Positions 37,997 to 48,006 are shown, numbered from the stretch's first letter. The stretch is 64,000 nucleotides of DNA from Thermodesulfobacteriota bacterium (GCA_036769565.1 DAIPKW010000002.1:9727-73726); one strand, 5' to 3'. The notes: generated by a model from the sequence alone, not told the origin. Numbers and translations are program-made.

Positions 37997-38839
37997 CTAC
38001 AAGACCTCTATCTCTTCTAAGATGCGCTCTCTGGTTTCGAGGACGGTATGGCTCTTTCTGGCCTTTTCCACGATCTCTTTGCCCATTAAGGCGGCGCCAA
38101 GTGCTCCGGTCAGCAGAGGCGCTTCAGGCACCAATATCGCCTGGCCCAACTGCTCAGAAAGCGCTTTAATCAACCCCCTGTTCATCCCCCCACCTCCCGT
38201 CACAATGACGGATGGCTCTACTTTTAGCCGGCTAACCATTCGGACAATCCTTTCAGCAAGCGATTGATGAACCCCTGCCAACAGATCTTCCACAGCCACC
38301 CCTTCGGCCAGACTCGATGCCACCTCCTGTTGCGCCCAGATCGTGCAGATATTGCTGATCTTTGCAGGGCTTCTGCTTCGAAGGGAAAGTTCTCCTACCC
38401 GATCCAACGAAACACCAAGGGTATCGGCAATCACCTCGATGAATCGACCGCTGCCAGCCGCACACTTATCATTCATCACAAAATCGAGGATCTTCCCTGA
38501 ACCATCGATCTTGATCCCTTTCACATCTTGTCCGCCAATATCAATGACCGTTCTCGCCTTCGGGAAGAGATGAATAATCCCCTTGGCATGACAAGTGATC
38601 TCGGTAAACTGCTTGTCGGAAAAAGGGACATTAATCCTTCCATATCCTGTGGAAACGATGTAGGTGATCTGCGAGAAGGAAAGGGAGGCCTTATTTAACG
38701 CCTCTTCCATAACCTTGTTGGCCAGGCGCCGCTGTTCTGGACCGGTGGGTCCGATGACGGAGGCGATGACTCCCTGATTGAGAATCACCACCTTCGTCAT
38801 TGTAGAACCGATGTCAATGCCCGCAAAAAAGGAGGTCAA
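37997..38839 (-). CDS. ATP-dependent activator, HgdC/BzdQ-like (ASKHA ATPase)
   Basis: GIDIGSTMTK, STGYGR, EITCHAKG, IDIGGQD, MNDKCAAGSGRF and NICTIWA. Confidence 0.92.
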   Translation of the reverse strand: MTSFFAGIDIGSTMTKVVILNQGVIASVIGPTGPEQRRLANKVMEEALNKASLSFSQITYIVSTGYGRINVPFSDKQFTEITCHAKGIIHLFPKARTVIDIGGQDVKGIKIDGSGKILDFVMNDKCAAGSGRFIEVIADTLGVSLDRVGELSLRSRSPAKISNICTIWAQQEVASSLAEGVAVEDLLAGVHQSLAERIVRMVSRLKVEPSVIVTGGGGMNRGLIKALSEQLGQAILVPEAPLLTGALGAALMGKEIVEKARKSHTVLETRERILEEIEVL

Positions 38840-38851
38840 CGTTCAATCCCT

Positions 38852-38879
38852 GTAGGGAACGCATATATGCGTTTCCTAC
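38852..38879. repeat. GTAG-type REP hairpin
   Basis: GTAGGGAACGCAT-AT-ATGCGTTTCCTAC, a near-perfect palindrome. Confidence 0.75.
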
Positions 38880-38897
38880 GATCGTCTGTGGGTGAAG

Positions 38898-40301
38898 TTA
38901 GGCAGCCTTGTTCATTCGAACGGATTCCAGTGTTTCGATGAAGGCATCAATCTTGTTTCTGGTATCCAGTTCGGAATAAGAGGTCATATCAATGATGTCA
39001 CTTTCCAGGATGAGAGAAGGAAGTTCCCTGTAAACCTTCTCTTTCCTCCCATCTTTACCAACGACATAGAGAGGAATGGGTTTATAAATCTTTGCCAGAT
39101 GGTGTAACTGCCAGATCAGGCCTACATGCCAGGTTCGGCAGGAGAATGCCTCATGCATGACCACACCATCGATTTTATATTCTTCGATCCGGTTGATGAG
39201 ACGTTCCACATCGGGTTCGGAATCCGGCCGCTTCTTCGCTCGATCATACCAGAAGGTCCAGTATCCAAGCCATCTCCATGCCAGATGTTCAATCGGATCT
39301 TTTGTCTCGGGCAGGTCCATCTGATGAAGAGGTGCAACCATGCGATAGGTCGTCTCAACCGGAAAAGAAGCCCCCTTGCTATTGAAATAGTTAAAATCGT
39401 TCAGGGCATACCAGGCCGGCAATCCGCCTCCCCACATGAGCCGATATTTTTCGTCTTCAACCTCTCCCTCGCCTTTGGCAATCTTCTCCTCCAACTCTTT
39501 CTTTAGGTCCAAAAAGAAATCATAAGCCTTCTGAGTGGCCATCATGAAGTTGATAGGCACCATGGTATTCATGGCATCCCCTGTGCCCATCGGGCAAGGC
39601 ACGGCTTTTCGAAGATCGTAGGTCTCCTCGATCAGGTTCCATGTCCGATCGCTTAAATCCACCAACTCCCTCAGACGATCATAATCCATCTTCTTCTTCG
39701 TCTGCTCTTCGATGAAACTAACCAGCCCGCGCAACTGTTTGACAATATATTTGTGGTAGTATTCCCAAACATCGCGGTGATCCTGGTTTCTCTGGAAGAG
39801 GGGGTAGGGAAGATCGATATTATAGATGGGGACATCGGGCATGAACTGTTGTGAAGCCTGATACCACTTCGATCGTGGGTCACAGAGGATCTGGCCGCTG
39901 GAGATCATAAAGTCAGGCCTGGCCATTCCTCCCCAGGGAGCATCTGGAGGCATCTGGCCCAGTTCTTCCCGCCATTGATCAAAACCGATCCCGCAGAGGG
40001 CGTACGTGCATAAGGAGCGGGAGAGGCCGAGCGATTCAGCCCTTTGAAGGAATCGCTCTGCATCTCTCTTGGCACCGCAGACGCCAGCGAAATTTTCTGT
40101 CCATATTGGTATCACATCGAGCGCCCGGAAGATCTCTTCGTGATGGCAGACGATGAAGGTGTAGGCCAATTTCTGTTTTCCCTCAGCTCTGGCCTGTAGG
40201 GTTCCGGTGATAAACTCTTTCACCATGGGGCCGATAGTAGCCGCTGCCTTCGTGGCCGTCATCCTCTTTTTGGGTTTCGCCTCTTTCTGCTCTTCAGCCA
40301 T
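38898..40301 (-). CDS. 2-hydroxyacyl-CoA dehydratase / benzoyl-CoA reductase subunit (BzdO/BcrB-like)
   Basis: PIWTENFAGVCGAK, RSLCTYA, CDPRSKWY, IDGVVMHEAFSCRT and KIDAFIE. Confidence 0.82.
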   Translation of the reverse strand: MAEEQKEAKPKKRMTATKAAATIGPMVKEFITGTLQARAEGKQKLAYTFIVCHHEEIFRALDVIPIWTENFAGVCGAKRDAERFLQRAESLGLSRSLCTYALCGIGFDQWREELGQMPPDAPWGGMARPDFMISSGQILCDPRSKWYQASQQFMPDVPIYNIDLPYPLFQRNQDHRDVWEYYHKYIVKQLRGLVSFIEEQTKKKMDYDRLRELVDLSDRTWNLIEETYDLRKAVPCPMGTGDAMNTMVPINFMMATQKAYDFFLDLKKELEEKIAKGEGEVEDEKYRLMWGGGLPAWYALNDFNYFNSKGASFPVETTYRMVAPLHQMDLPETKDPIEHLAWRWLGYWTFWYDRAKKRPDSEPDVERLINRIEEYKIDGVVMHEAFSCRTWHVGLIWQLHHLAKIYKPIPLYVVGKDGRKEKVYRELPSLILESDIIDMTSYSELDTRNKIDAFIETLESVRMNKAA

Positions 40302-40348
40302 GATTCAAACCTCCTTTCACCCTCATCACAAACTACCCCGAAAATCCC

Positions 40349-40388
40349 ACTTGTACCTATAATTGCGATCGCAATTATAGGTACAAGT
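40349..40388. repeat. Perfect 40-bp palindrome with no spacer
   Basis: ACTTGTACCTATAATTGCGA|TCGCAATTATAGGTACAAGT. Confidence 0.95.
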
Positions 40389-40458
40389 CTTTAATCTGTC
40401 TGTCGGCTGGTATCGTACAGACCCTTAACCTATAGACTAATTTTATCAGCCTCCAACA

Positions 40459-41619
40459 TTACCCGATCATTTCCAGAAAGGCCTGAATTCGGGTTCTCAA
40501 TTGGCCCATGGTTCCAGCTGAATAGATATCCTCCAGGTGAAGCAAGGGAACGTTGAGCGACTGATAGTAAGCCTTGCGGGCAGGGACTTCAAAACCGAAG
40601 GGATCGCAATACTTATACACATAGAGAATCGCCCCATTCACTTTAAACTCTCTGGCATAGGCTCCGATATCGCCAAAGCGGTTGGCTATATCCCCTTCAA
40701 ACGTTCCCGTCTTATTGGCTCTGTAAGTCTTTGGACAATTGATCTTATCCAGATAACGACGGGCTAAGGCATCGATAGGATTTCGATTCAGATCCGTCTT
40801 AGGAAGATGATCCCTGGCCCCGTTGCAAAGGGTATCTGCGACGACATGGCCCCCTAATTCTTCGACCAATCGAATCAATTCGATATTGTCAAGACAGGCG
40901 CCATCTATAAGAATCCTCGGTCCCCTCTTCAGGGAAGATGCCTTCCGGTGCTTCACCTCTGATAAAACCTGATCGAAGAGGCTATTCGACTCTTCAATTG
41001 GGAGACTCGATCCGACCGTCAGGGTCATCGTCAATTCGGTTCCCGAGATGAGAGGGGGGTCCGATTTTCTCAATTCATAGAGCGCCCTTACCTTATCCCG
41101 GTTCTCATTATGGATCTGAATCGCCTGTTTTAAGCTCTCTTCGGATATCGTTGTTCCTAAAAATTTCTCCAAACTCTTTCTGAAGGTGTTCAACTCCTCC
41201 CCGAAGAACTCAAAGGAAGACGCTTCGCAGACAGAAGGGATATTCACAAAGTGAAAATAGGAGAAAGGCAGTCCATAACTCCAGGTGCTGAAACTTCGGA
41301 CCATGCTATCGCATCCATGGGGAATCACTATGCCGGAGAGAAACGCATACTTCTCTTTGACGGACAGATCAAAACAACTCCGGTAATAGGGACAGACGAT
41401 TGTCTCAAGAAGTGTGTCTCCCATCGTAATGGGTTCGTGAATATCCCCTCTCACCCGAAAAGGGATGGCTCTGGAGGCGGTGATGATCTCCAGTGGCACA
41501 AAAGAACAGACATACCCAATGATCTTTCTCCCTTCTTTTTCAAGCTTTTTTGCCCTTAACCCATAATCCTGATAGTATCTTTCGACTGTTCTCAAAATAT
41601 CGTCCTGTTTGTGATCCAT
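40459..41619 (-). CDS. 2-hydroxyacyl-CoA dehydratase / benzoyl-CoA reductase subunit (BzdN/BcrC-like)
   Basis: IGYVCSFVPLEII, IVCPYYRSCFD, PHGCDSM, YKYCDPFGFE and TRIQAFLEMI. Confidence 0.85.
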   Translation of the reverse strand: MDHKQDDILRTVERYYQDYGLRAKKLEKEGRKIIGYVCSFVPLEIITASRAIPFRVRGDIHEPITMGDTLLETIVCPYYRSCFDLSVKEKYAFLSGIVIPHGCDSMVRSFSTWSYGLPFSYFHFVNIPSVCEASSFEFFGEELNTFRKSLEKFLGTTISEESLKQAIQIHNENRDKVRALYELRKSDPPLISGTELTMTLTVGSSLPIEESNSLFDQVLSEVKHRKASSLKRGPRILIDGACLDNIELIRLVEELGGHVVADTLCNGARDHLPKTDLNRNPIDALARRYLDKINCPKTYRANKTGTFEGDIANRFGDIGAYAREFKVNGAILYVYKYCDPFGFEVPARKAYYQSLNVPLLHLEDIYSAGTMGQLRTRIQAFLEMIG

Positions 41620-41686
41620 CGCTCTTCTCCTATTAGCCTCCCTTTTCCGCTAAACCTGTATGATCTTCTTTCAGAAATCCACTGCC

Positions 41687-42439
41687 CTACTTTATCCTTT
41701 CAAAATCTCCAAACATCATAAATAAATTAGCAAAATTTGGTTTAATGGCAACGGCGGCTTGTATCATCGCTTTTTTGTCTTTGCTGGCCATGGTCTGCTG
41801 AAGCTTATTGAGCGTCTCGGATTCCGATTTGATATAATTTTTTATTTTGATCGTCTTATCAGGAGAGAAACCGAAAAGCTTCTCATCGAATTTCACATTT
41901 TCAATTTTTTTCCAAAGGGATAAAGCTTCATTGAGCGATGTTTGAATTCCGCGGACGTCTCCATCCGTCAAAGTTTCGGGGGTCTTTCCCTTAGCTGTTA
42001 AAACAATGACCTCCATGGGTTCATGAAATTCAGTTAAGTAGTCAACAAAATAATCCATATTATTTCTTTTCCTCAACTTCATAAAAATCATCCGGATCTC
42101 TTCTAAAACATCATGGGCTTTCAAAAGGTCCTTCTCATTCAAAATAATCTTATCTGCATCCACAATGGCCTGCTCCACTTTATCGAAATCTTTTTCCCAT
42201 TCCAAATCTTTCTTCTTAAAAGTTTTATAGGTTTTCTTAAACGCCTTCCAATTTTCTTTCAAAAAGTTCATCGCCGTTTTGGATTCTTCCATTTTCCCCT
42301 GGCTGGTGAGGGCAAGGGCAGGGATATAGGCCCTATCAAAAGAAACAAAATCCTTCATTAAGTCTGCAGCCCTGGATGCCCCGTATAGCAGAAACAAAGT
42401 GACGCCTAAGATACTGATAATCAAAAGATGTTTTTTCAT
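41687..42439 (-). CDS. Hypothetical secreted alpha-helical protein
   Basis: Signal-peptide-like N-terminus MKKHLLIISILGVTLFLLYGASRA-AD; Lys-rich and visibly more AT-rich than its neighbours. Confidence 0.75.
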   Translation of the reverse strand: MKKHLLIISILGVTLFLLYGASRAADLMKDFVSFDRAYIPALALTSQGKMEESKTAMNFLKENWKAFKKTYKTFKKKDLEWEKDFDKVEQAIVDADKIILNEKDLLKAHDVLEEIRMIFMKLRKRNNMDYFVDYLTEFHEPMEVIVLTAKGKTPETLTDGDVRGIQTSLNEALSLWKKIENVKFDEKLFGFSPDKTIKIKNYIKSESETLNKLQQTMASKDKKAMIQAAVAIKPNFANLFMMFGDFERIK

Positions 42440-42517
42440 TTCCGTCTCCTTCCTCATTGTTTTCAGTCTTTCAAGTTTCAGCGGATAGATAATATCGCTT
42501 GATGGTCCGGAATCTTT

Positions 42518-43306
42518 CTAATGGCCTGTTGATTCCAAGCTCTCCATGGCGATTTGTGCCGCCCCCAAGGCTGCGGTCATCTGGGGATTGGTTGGGACGA
42601 GGATATCCTGTCCTCGGATCTCTTTCAGGGCCTCTACCAATCCGATGTCTCGGGCTCCGCCACCGGTCATGCCGACATCCGGCTCCACGCCGATCCTTTC
42701 GGCCAGACTGTTGATCTGGGCTGCAAGGGCCCGGTGCAGGCCTGCCAAAAGGTCCTCCTTTTTGACCTCTTGGGAGAGCCGAGAGATCGCCTCTGTCTCT
42801 GCAAAGACTGCACACCCGGTATTGAAATCAACCCTCTTTTTCGATTTTAAAGACAAGGGACCGATCTCCTCCACATTGACTTGGAGAACTTTGGCAATCA
42901 CCTGAAGGATCCTTCCGCTGCCTCCTGCACATTTACCGCTCAATAAAAAATTGTGAACCCCTCCATTCCCATCGGTGCGGAGAACCTTGGTGTAAAGATC
43001 TCCTACATCCACGACCGTCCTCACGGTAGGAAGAAGGGCTGAAATCCCTTTTGCAAGACAGACTATTTCTGATTTAATCTCATCTGCATAGGGGACCATC
43101 TTCGATCCATATCCTGTGGCAATGGTTCGCAAGACATCCCTCTCTGTTTTTCCTGACTGAGAAAGCAACTCGCCCCTAACCTTTTCGGCAGTCAGTCTAA
43201 AATCGCCGCCGGAGGGACACTCATATTGAGCCACTTGACCCTGATCGTCGAGGGCAATCCCTTTTGAAACAGCTGACCCAATATCAATACCCAAAATCAA
43301 AACCAT
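42518..43306 (-). CDS. Second ATP-dependent activator paralogue (BzdP-like)
   Basis: GIDIGSAVSK, ATGYGS, VDVGDLYTK, SGKCAGGSGR and TGCAVFAE. Confidence 0.88.
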   Translation of the reverse strand: MVLILGIDIGSAVSKGIALDDQGQVAQYECPSGGDFRLTAEKVRGELLSQSGKTERDVLRTIATGYGSKMVPYADEIKSEIVCLAKGISALLPTVRTVVDVGDLYTKVLRTDGNGGVHNFLLSGKCAGGSGRILQVIAKVLQVNVEEIGPLSLKSKKRVDFNTGCAVFAETEAISRLSQEVKKEDLLAGLHRALAAQINSLAERIGVEPDVGMTGGGARDIGLVEALKEIRGQDILVPTNPQMTAALGAAQIAMESLESTGH

Positions 43307-43506
43307 ATCTCCTCGCAATGTGCGAATCTTCTAAATAGATAACATAAATCCTCACCTACCACAATTTGGTTGAGTCTTATAAAGCCCTCTCTTTTGCCAC
43401 GACTAAAATTGCTCAGGTTCGGTCGTCTTAAATAAAAAGGCGAACCGACTTTTTCATTGTCCGTTCGCCTTTCACCTTCTACTTTCCACCCCCTACTTTC
43501 TACTTT

Positions 43507-45090
43507 CTACTTTATCTTAAACGCCTCCTCCATCCCGATATACTTCTTCCTCAGTTTGGGCTTCTCAATCTTGCCGGTGGGATTGCGCGGGACTTCACCG
43601 AAAAAGACCTTGCGGGGTCGCTTGTATCGGGGTAATGGTTCACAAAAGCTTAAAACCTCCACCTCGGTCAAGGTCTTGCCTGGCACAACCTCCACAATCA
43701 CACCAACAACCTCTCCCAAACGCTCATCCGGCAATCCAATCGCAGCCACATCCTTAACTCCGGGCAAGGTGTGGAGAAAATCCTCCACTTCTACGGGAAA
43801 GACATTTTCGCCTCCGCAGATGATGAGATCTTTCTTGCGATCGACCAGATAGATGAAATCATCCTCATCCAGCCTTCCCATATCGCCCGTATAGAGCCAT
43901 CCGTTACGGAGCGTCTTTGCCGTGGCCTCAGGATTCTTATAATACTCCCTCATCACACCATCTCCCCGCACGACCAGCTCTCCAACATCGCCCTTCTTCA
44001 CCTCATTGCCTTCCTCATCCACAATACGGGCCTCCCAATTAAATCCAGGAAGGCCAATGGCTCCGACCTTGTGCTCATTTTCGATCCCAAGGTGGACACA
44101 ACCTGGGCCGGTTGACTCGCTCAAACCGTAATTGGTATCATACTGCATCTTCGGGAAATACTCCTTCCAGTGTTTAACCAGAGATGGAGGAACGGGTTGG
44201 GCTCCAATGTGCATCAGCCTCCACTGACTGAGTTCGTAGTCCTTCAATTTTAGCTCTCCACTGTCGAGCTTCAGAAGGATGTCTTGAGCCCAGGGCACAA
44301 GTAGGAAAATGATGGTGGCTTTCTCCTCGCTGATTGCCTGAAGGATCCACTCAGGCTGAATCCCCTTTAAGATGATCCCCACCCCTCCCACAATGAAACT
44401 GCCGAACCAGTGCATCTTGGCTCCGGTATGATAGAGTGGAGGAATGAGAATAAAACTGTCTCTTTTCGTCTGATAATGGTGGTGATTCTCTGTGATGCAG
44501 GCACAGACCATGTTTTTGTGAGTCAGCAGGATCGGTTTGGGTTGACCGGTTGTGCCTGAGGTAAAATAGAGACCACAGGGATCATCATAGCGAATGTCAA
44601 CCTTTAAAGGAGTGGAGGGAGCTCTTTCCAAAATGCGTTCAAATGGCTCAGAAAAGTTGGGTAATTCCTTTCCGACAAAGATGTAGTCTTTGACCGTGGG
44701 CAGTTCATCCTTGATGGCGGTCACCCGGTCGATGAACTCCTCACCGAAGATCATGCTCTGAGGCTCTGCGACCTCACAGCAATATTTAATATCGCTTCCC
44801 GAAAAACGGAAGTTGAGTGGCACAGCCCAGGCTCCTGTGCGGATGATACCGAAGTAGGCGATGAGCCATTCGAGGGAGTTCATCATCAGATGGATGACTT
44901 TATCCCCCTTCTTGATGCCTTTCTGTGTGAGGACATTAGCAAACCGGTTGGCCTGCTCATCGAACTGCTTCCAGGTGATCTCTCGCCTCTTGCCTTCTGC
45001 CGGCGACCTCTCGATAAGAGCTATGTCATTCGGATAGAGGCGTCCATTTCTCGCCAGAATCTCTCCGATATGGATATCCAGGCTATTCAT
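43507..45090 (-). CDS. Acyl-CoA synthetase (AMP-forming)
   Basis: YFTSGTTGQPK, YGLSES, YTGDMG, DRKKDLII and NPTGKIEK. Start at ATG 45090 behind GAAGGAG. Confidence 0.93.
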   Translation of the reverse strand: MNSLDIHIGEILARNGRLYPNDIALIERSPAEGKRREITWKQFDEQANRFANVLTQKGIKKGDKVIHLMMNSLEWLIAYFGIIRTGAWAVPLNFRFSGSDIKYCCEVAEPQSMIFGEEFIDRVTAIKDELPTVKDYIFVGKELPNFSEPFERILERAPSTPLKVDIRYDDPCGLYFTSGTTGQPKPILLTHKNMVCACITENHHHYQTKRDSFILIPPLYHTGAKMHWFGSFIVGGVGIILKGIQPEWILQAISEEKATIIFLLVPWAQDILLKLDSGELKLKDYELSQWRLMHIGAQPVPPSLVKHWKEYFPKMQYDTNYGLSESTGPGCVHLGIENEHKVGAIGLPGFNWEARIVDEEGNEVKKGDVGELVVRGDGVMREYYKNPEATAKTLRNGWLYTGDMGRLDEDDFIYLVDRKKDLIICGGENVFPVEVEDFLHTLPGVKDVAAIGLPDERLGEVVGVIVEVVPGKTLTEVEVLSFCEPLPRYKRPRKVFFGEVPRNPTGKIEKPKLRKKYIGMEEAFKIK

Positions 45091-45145
45091 AAAACTCTCC
45101 TTCAAAAAACTTTCAGTGCATTATTTCACAAAAATAAGAAAAAAA

Positions 45146-45170
45146 TCCCCCCAATCAGACGCAGGGGGGA
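45146..45170 (-). terminator. Rho-independent terminator after livF
   Basis: TCCCCCC-loop-GGGGGGA hairpin next to a plus-strand A-rich run (45131-45145) that reads as a U tract on the minus strand. Confidence 0.65.
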
Positions 45171-45174
45171 ACGA

Positions 45175-45978
45175 TTATAACCATCTTTTACGCCGTTTAT
45201 AAGCCTTCACATCCTTGTAGGATTTTAAGGCTCCCGAACTTGCCGTTCCAAGATAGAACTCTTTGACGTCGGGATTCTCTCTTAAACGAGCAGCCTCATC
45301 CTCCATCATGATCTTGCCGTTCTCCATCACATATCCATAATGAGCGATCTGAAGGGCCATGTTGGCATTCTGCTCCACCAACATGATCGTTGTTCCCTGC
45401 TCTTCATTGATCCGCTTCACAATCTCAAAGATCTCTCTCACCAAAAAGGGGGCTAAGCCCAAGGATGGTTCATCCAGAAGCAGCAGTTTGGGCTGTGCCA
45501 TCAGGGCACGCCCCATCACGAGCATTTGCAACTCTCCACCGCTACAATAACCTGCCAGTCGGTTTTTACGAGCCACCAGAGGCTGGAAGTAATGGTAGAC
45601 CAGTTCTAAATCCTTCTTGTAGGGTTTGCCCCAACGGGTGGCTGTCCCAACCCGGAGATTCTCTTCAACGGTGAGCAGCTTAAAGGGCTGGCGTCCCTCC
45701 ATCACTTGGATGATCCCGAGTCTTGTGATCTGTTCTGGAGATGAGTTGTGAATGTTGTGCCCTTCATAAACGATGTTACCCTCGGTCACCTTGCCATTCT
45801 CCGGTTTAAGAAGCCCGGAGATCGCTTTGAGGGTTGTCGTCTTTCCAGCGCCATTGCTGCCAAGAAGCGAAACGATCTGTTTTTTCTTGACGACGAGCGA
45901 AACCCCTTTGAGGACTTGAATTACATCAGAATAAACCACACTGATATTATTGAGTTGGAGCAGGATATTGTCTTCCAT
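45175..45978 (-). CDS. livF: Branched-chain-type ABC transporter ATP-binding protein
   Basis: LGSNGAGKTT, CSGGELQML, LDEPSLGLAP and VEQNA. Confidence 0.9.
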   Translation of the reverse strand: MEDNILLQLNNISVVYSDVIQVLKGVSLVVKKKQIVSLLGSNGAGKTTTLKAISGLLKPENGKVTEGNIVYEGHNIHNSSPEQITRLGIIQVMEGRQPFKLLTVEENLRVGTATRWGKPYKKDLELVYHYFQPLVARKNRLAGYCSGGELQMLVMGRALMAQPKLLLLDEPSLGLAPFLVREIFEIVKRINEEQGTTIMLVEQNANMALQIAHYGYVMENGKIMMEDEAARLRENPDVKEFYLGTASSGALKSYKDVKAYKRRKRWL

Positions 45979-45986
45979 AAGTTACC

Positions 45987-47057
45987 TCAATAAGAAAAAG
46001 GCCAGAGCCTGAAACTGGCACGAATGATCCGCCATACCTCTGCCAATCCCCTCGGCTCAAAAATGATAAAGAGCACAATCGCCAGCCCAAAAATGAATTC
46101 ACGAAGCGGTGCAATCGTCAGGGCCACCCCTGCAAGGGCAGGCAGGTTCATAAAATATTCCGATGCAAGACTCAATATCTCATTGAGCGAGGTGATGAAA
46201 ATGGCTCCAAAGACACTGCCGGTAAGGCTTCCCAGACCGCCGATGATGATCATGGCGATAAATTCGACAGAGAGAAAGAGCGTAAAGGGGTCTGGGGTAA
46301 TGCTCGCTAAATAGTGCGTCCAGAGCGCTCCTGCAAATCCAGCATAAAAGGAACTGATGGCGAAAGCCAACAGTTTGTAATGAAAGATGGGAATGCCCAT
46401 GCCCTCGGCAGCCCGATCATTGTCACGGATGGCCACGAAGGCCCTCCCATATCGTGTTCGAAGAAGGTTCTTTGCAATCCATAGCATCACCACCAAGGAT
46501 ATGAAAACGATATAGAAAAAAGCAAAATCACTTTTGAGACTTAAACCAAACAGGCTTGCCCTTGAAAGGATGATCCCCTGCAGCCCACCAGTGAGGCTTT
46601 CCCATTGGACGAAGATGAATTGAATGATGAACTGACCTGCAAGTGTAGCAATGGTCAGATAGAGGTGTTTGAGCCTTGCTGAAGGAAGGCCAAAAACCAG
46701 ACCCACGGCGGCGGTCATAATCCCCGCCGAGAGAAGGGAGAGAGGAAAAGGAAAACCGAGTTTGGTCGAAAGGATGGCCGCGGTATAACCTCCCACTCCA
46801 AAGAAGGCTCCGTGACCAAGTGAGATCTGCCCGGTAAATCCGATCAGAAGGTTAAGACCCACGGCTGCAATGGCAAAGATTCCAATGTGATTGATCACGT
46901 AAAGGAGATACGAACTACTGATCCAAGGAATCACAACAAACAGGATCACAAGCCCGATCAACATGGAGACTCGGCCGAAATCGGTCTCAAAAATCGTTAG
47001 CTCCTCATCGTATCTCTCTTTATAGTTTCCACAGGGATGCAATCGCAGTTTTTTCAT
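45987..47057 (-). CDS. livM: Branched-chain-type ABC transporter permease
   Basis: GLNLLIGFTGQISLGHGAF, GRAFVAIRDN and IIGGLGSL. Confidence 0.9.
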   Translation of the reverse strand: MKKLRLHPCGNYKERYDEELTIFETDFGRVSMLIGLVILFVVIPWISSSYLLYVINHIGIFAIAAVGLNLLIGFTGQISLGHGAFFGVGGYTAAILSTKLGFPFPLSLLSAGIMTAAVGLVFGLPSARLKHLYLTIATLAGQFIIQFIFVQWESLTGGLQGIILSRASLFGLSLKSDFAFFYIVFISLVVMLWIAKNLLRTRYGRAFVAIRDNDRAAEGMGIPIFHYKLLAFAISSFYAGFAGALWTHYLASITPDPFTLFLSVEFIAMIIIGGLGSLTGSVFGAIFITSLNEILSLASEYFMNLPALAGVALTIAPLREFIFGLAIVLFIIFEPRGLAEVWRIIRASFRLWPFSY

Positions 47058-47127
47058 TCCGCCTCCAAACTCATCACAATGAACTTTTTGTTTACCGTTC
47101 TTCGTTTAACGTTTATCGTTTTTTCAA

Positions 47128-48006
47128 TTACACTCGCTCAATTTCTACCAGGCCAAAGAGTCCATAAGGTTTCACCAAAAGGATGAAGACCAGGATAATG
47201 TAAGGTACGACCTCTCGAAGGGAGGTTGAAATATATCCTCCTGTAAAGGTCTCTAAGACACCGATAATGATTCCTCCGATGATGGCCCCGCCAATGCTTT
47301 CCAACCCTCCGAGGATGACCACCGGAAAGACCTTGAGGCCAATGATGCTGATGCTATGCACATTGACACCGCTGATGATCCCCAGGATAATGCCGCTCAT
47401 TGCACAGACCAAGGCCGCAATGGCCCAGGACAGGGCAAAGACTCTCCTGACATGAACACCAAGCGAGAGGGCAGCGGTCTGATTGTCTGCCACGGACCGC
47501 ATATAGATGCCCTGGGAGGAGTATTTGAAGAAAAGTCCGAATAACAGAAGAAAGATGATGCTGATGACAAACGAGGCCACATAGACCGGTGCAATGTTAA
47601 TGTTTCCTATTCGAACGGAGATATCCTCTGGAAGGAAGGTGGGGTAGGCAAATAAATTGCCTCCAAAGATAAAGAGCAGTAGTCCCTTGAACATGGCTGC
47701 CAGCCCAACCGTGAGCATGATGACCATGATCAGGGCCTCTCCGATCAGGGGGCGCAGGAAAAGGCGCTCAATGATAAATCCCAGGACAAAACATCCGATC
47801 AGGGTCAGGAAAAAAGCAATGAGAAAAGGGATCTTCGCCCAGGCCGCCAGCACCAGAAAGAGAAATGCCCCAATGGCCAAAAGATCTCCGTGGGCAAAGT
47901 TGAGGACACTCGAGGACTTAAAGATCATCACGAAGCCCAGAGCTGCAAGGGCATAAAGAAAGCCTACGGATAACCCTTGAATCAAGAGCTGAAGAAAGAA
48001 ATCCAT
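47128..48006 (-). CDS. livH: Branched-chain-type ABC transporter permease
   Basis: YALAALGF, VLNFAHG and VILGGLES. Confidence 0.9.
   Translation of the reverse strand: MDFFLQLLIQGLSVGFLYALAALGFVMIFKSSSVLNFAHGDLLAIGAFLFLVLAAWAKIPFLIAFFLTLIGCFVLGFIIERLFLRPLIGEALIMVIMLTVGLAAMFKGLLLFIFGGNLFAYPTFLPEDISVRIGNINIAPVYVASFVISIIFLLLFGLFFKYSSQGIYMRSVADNQTAALSLGVHVRRVFALSWAIAALVCAMSGIILGIISGVNVHSISIIGLKVFPVVILGGLESIGGAIIGGIIIGVLETFTGGYISTSLREVVPYIILVFILLVKPYGLFGLVEIERV

Noticed and set aside
40365-40372. HIP1 octamer GCGATCGC at the palindrome centre
   Set aside because: It is not visibly over-represented in the window, so there is no evidence for a cyanobacterial-type HIP1 system.
43340-43420. Sigma54 promoter upstream of the reductase-like cluster (TGGCAAAAGAGAGGGC)
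   Set aside because: GG-to-GC spacing is 11 rather than the required 10.
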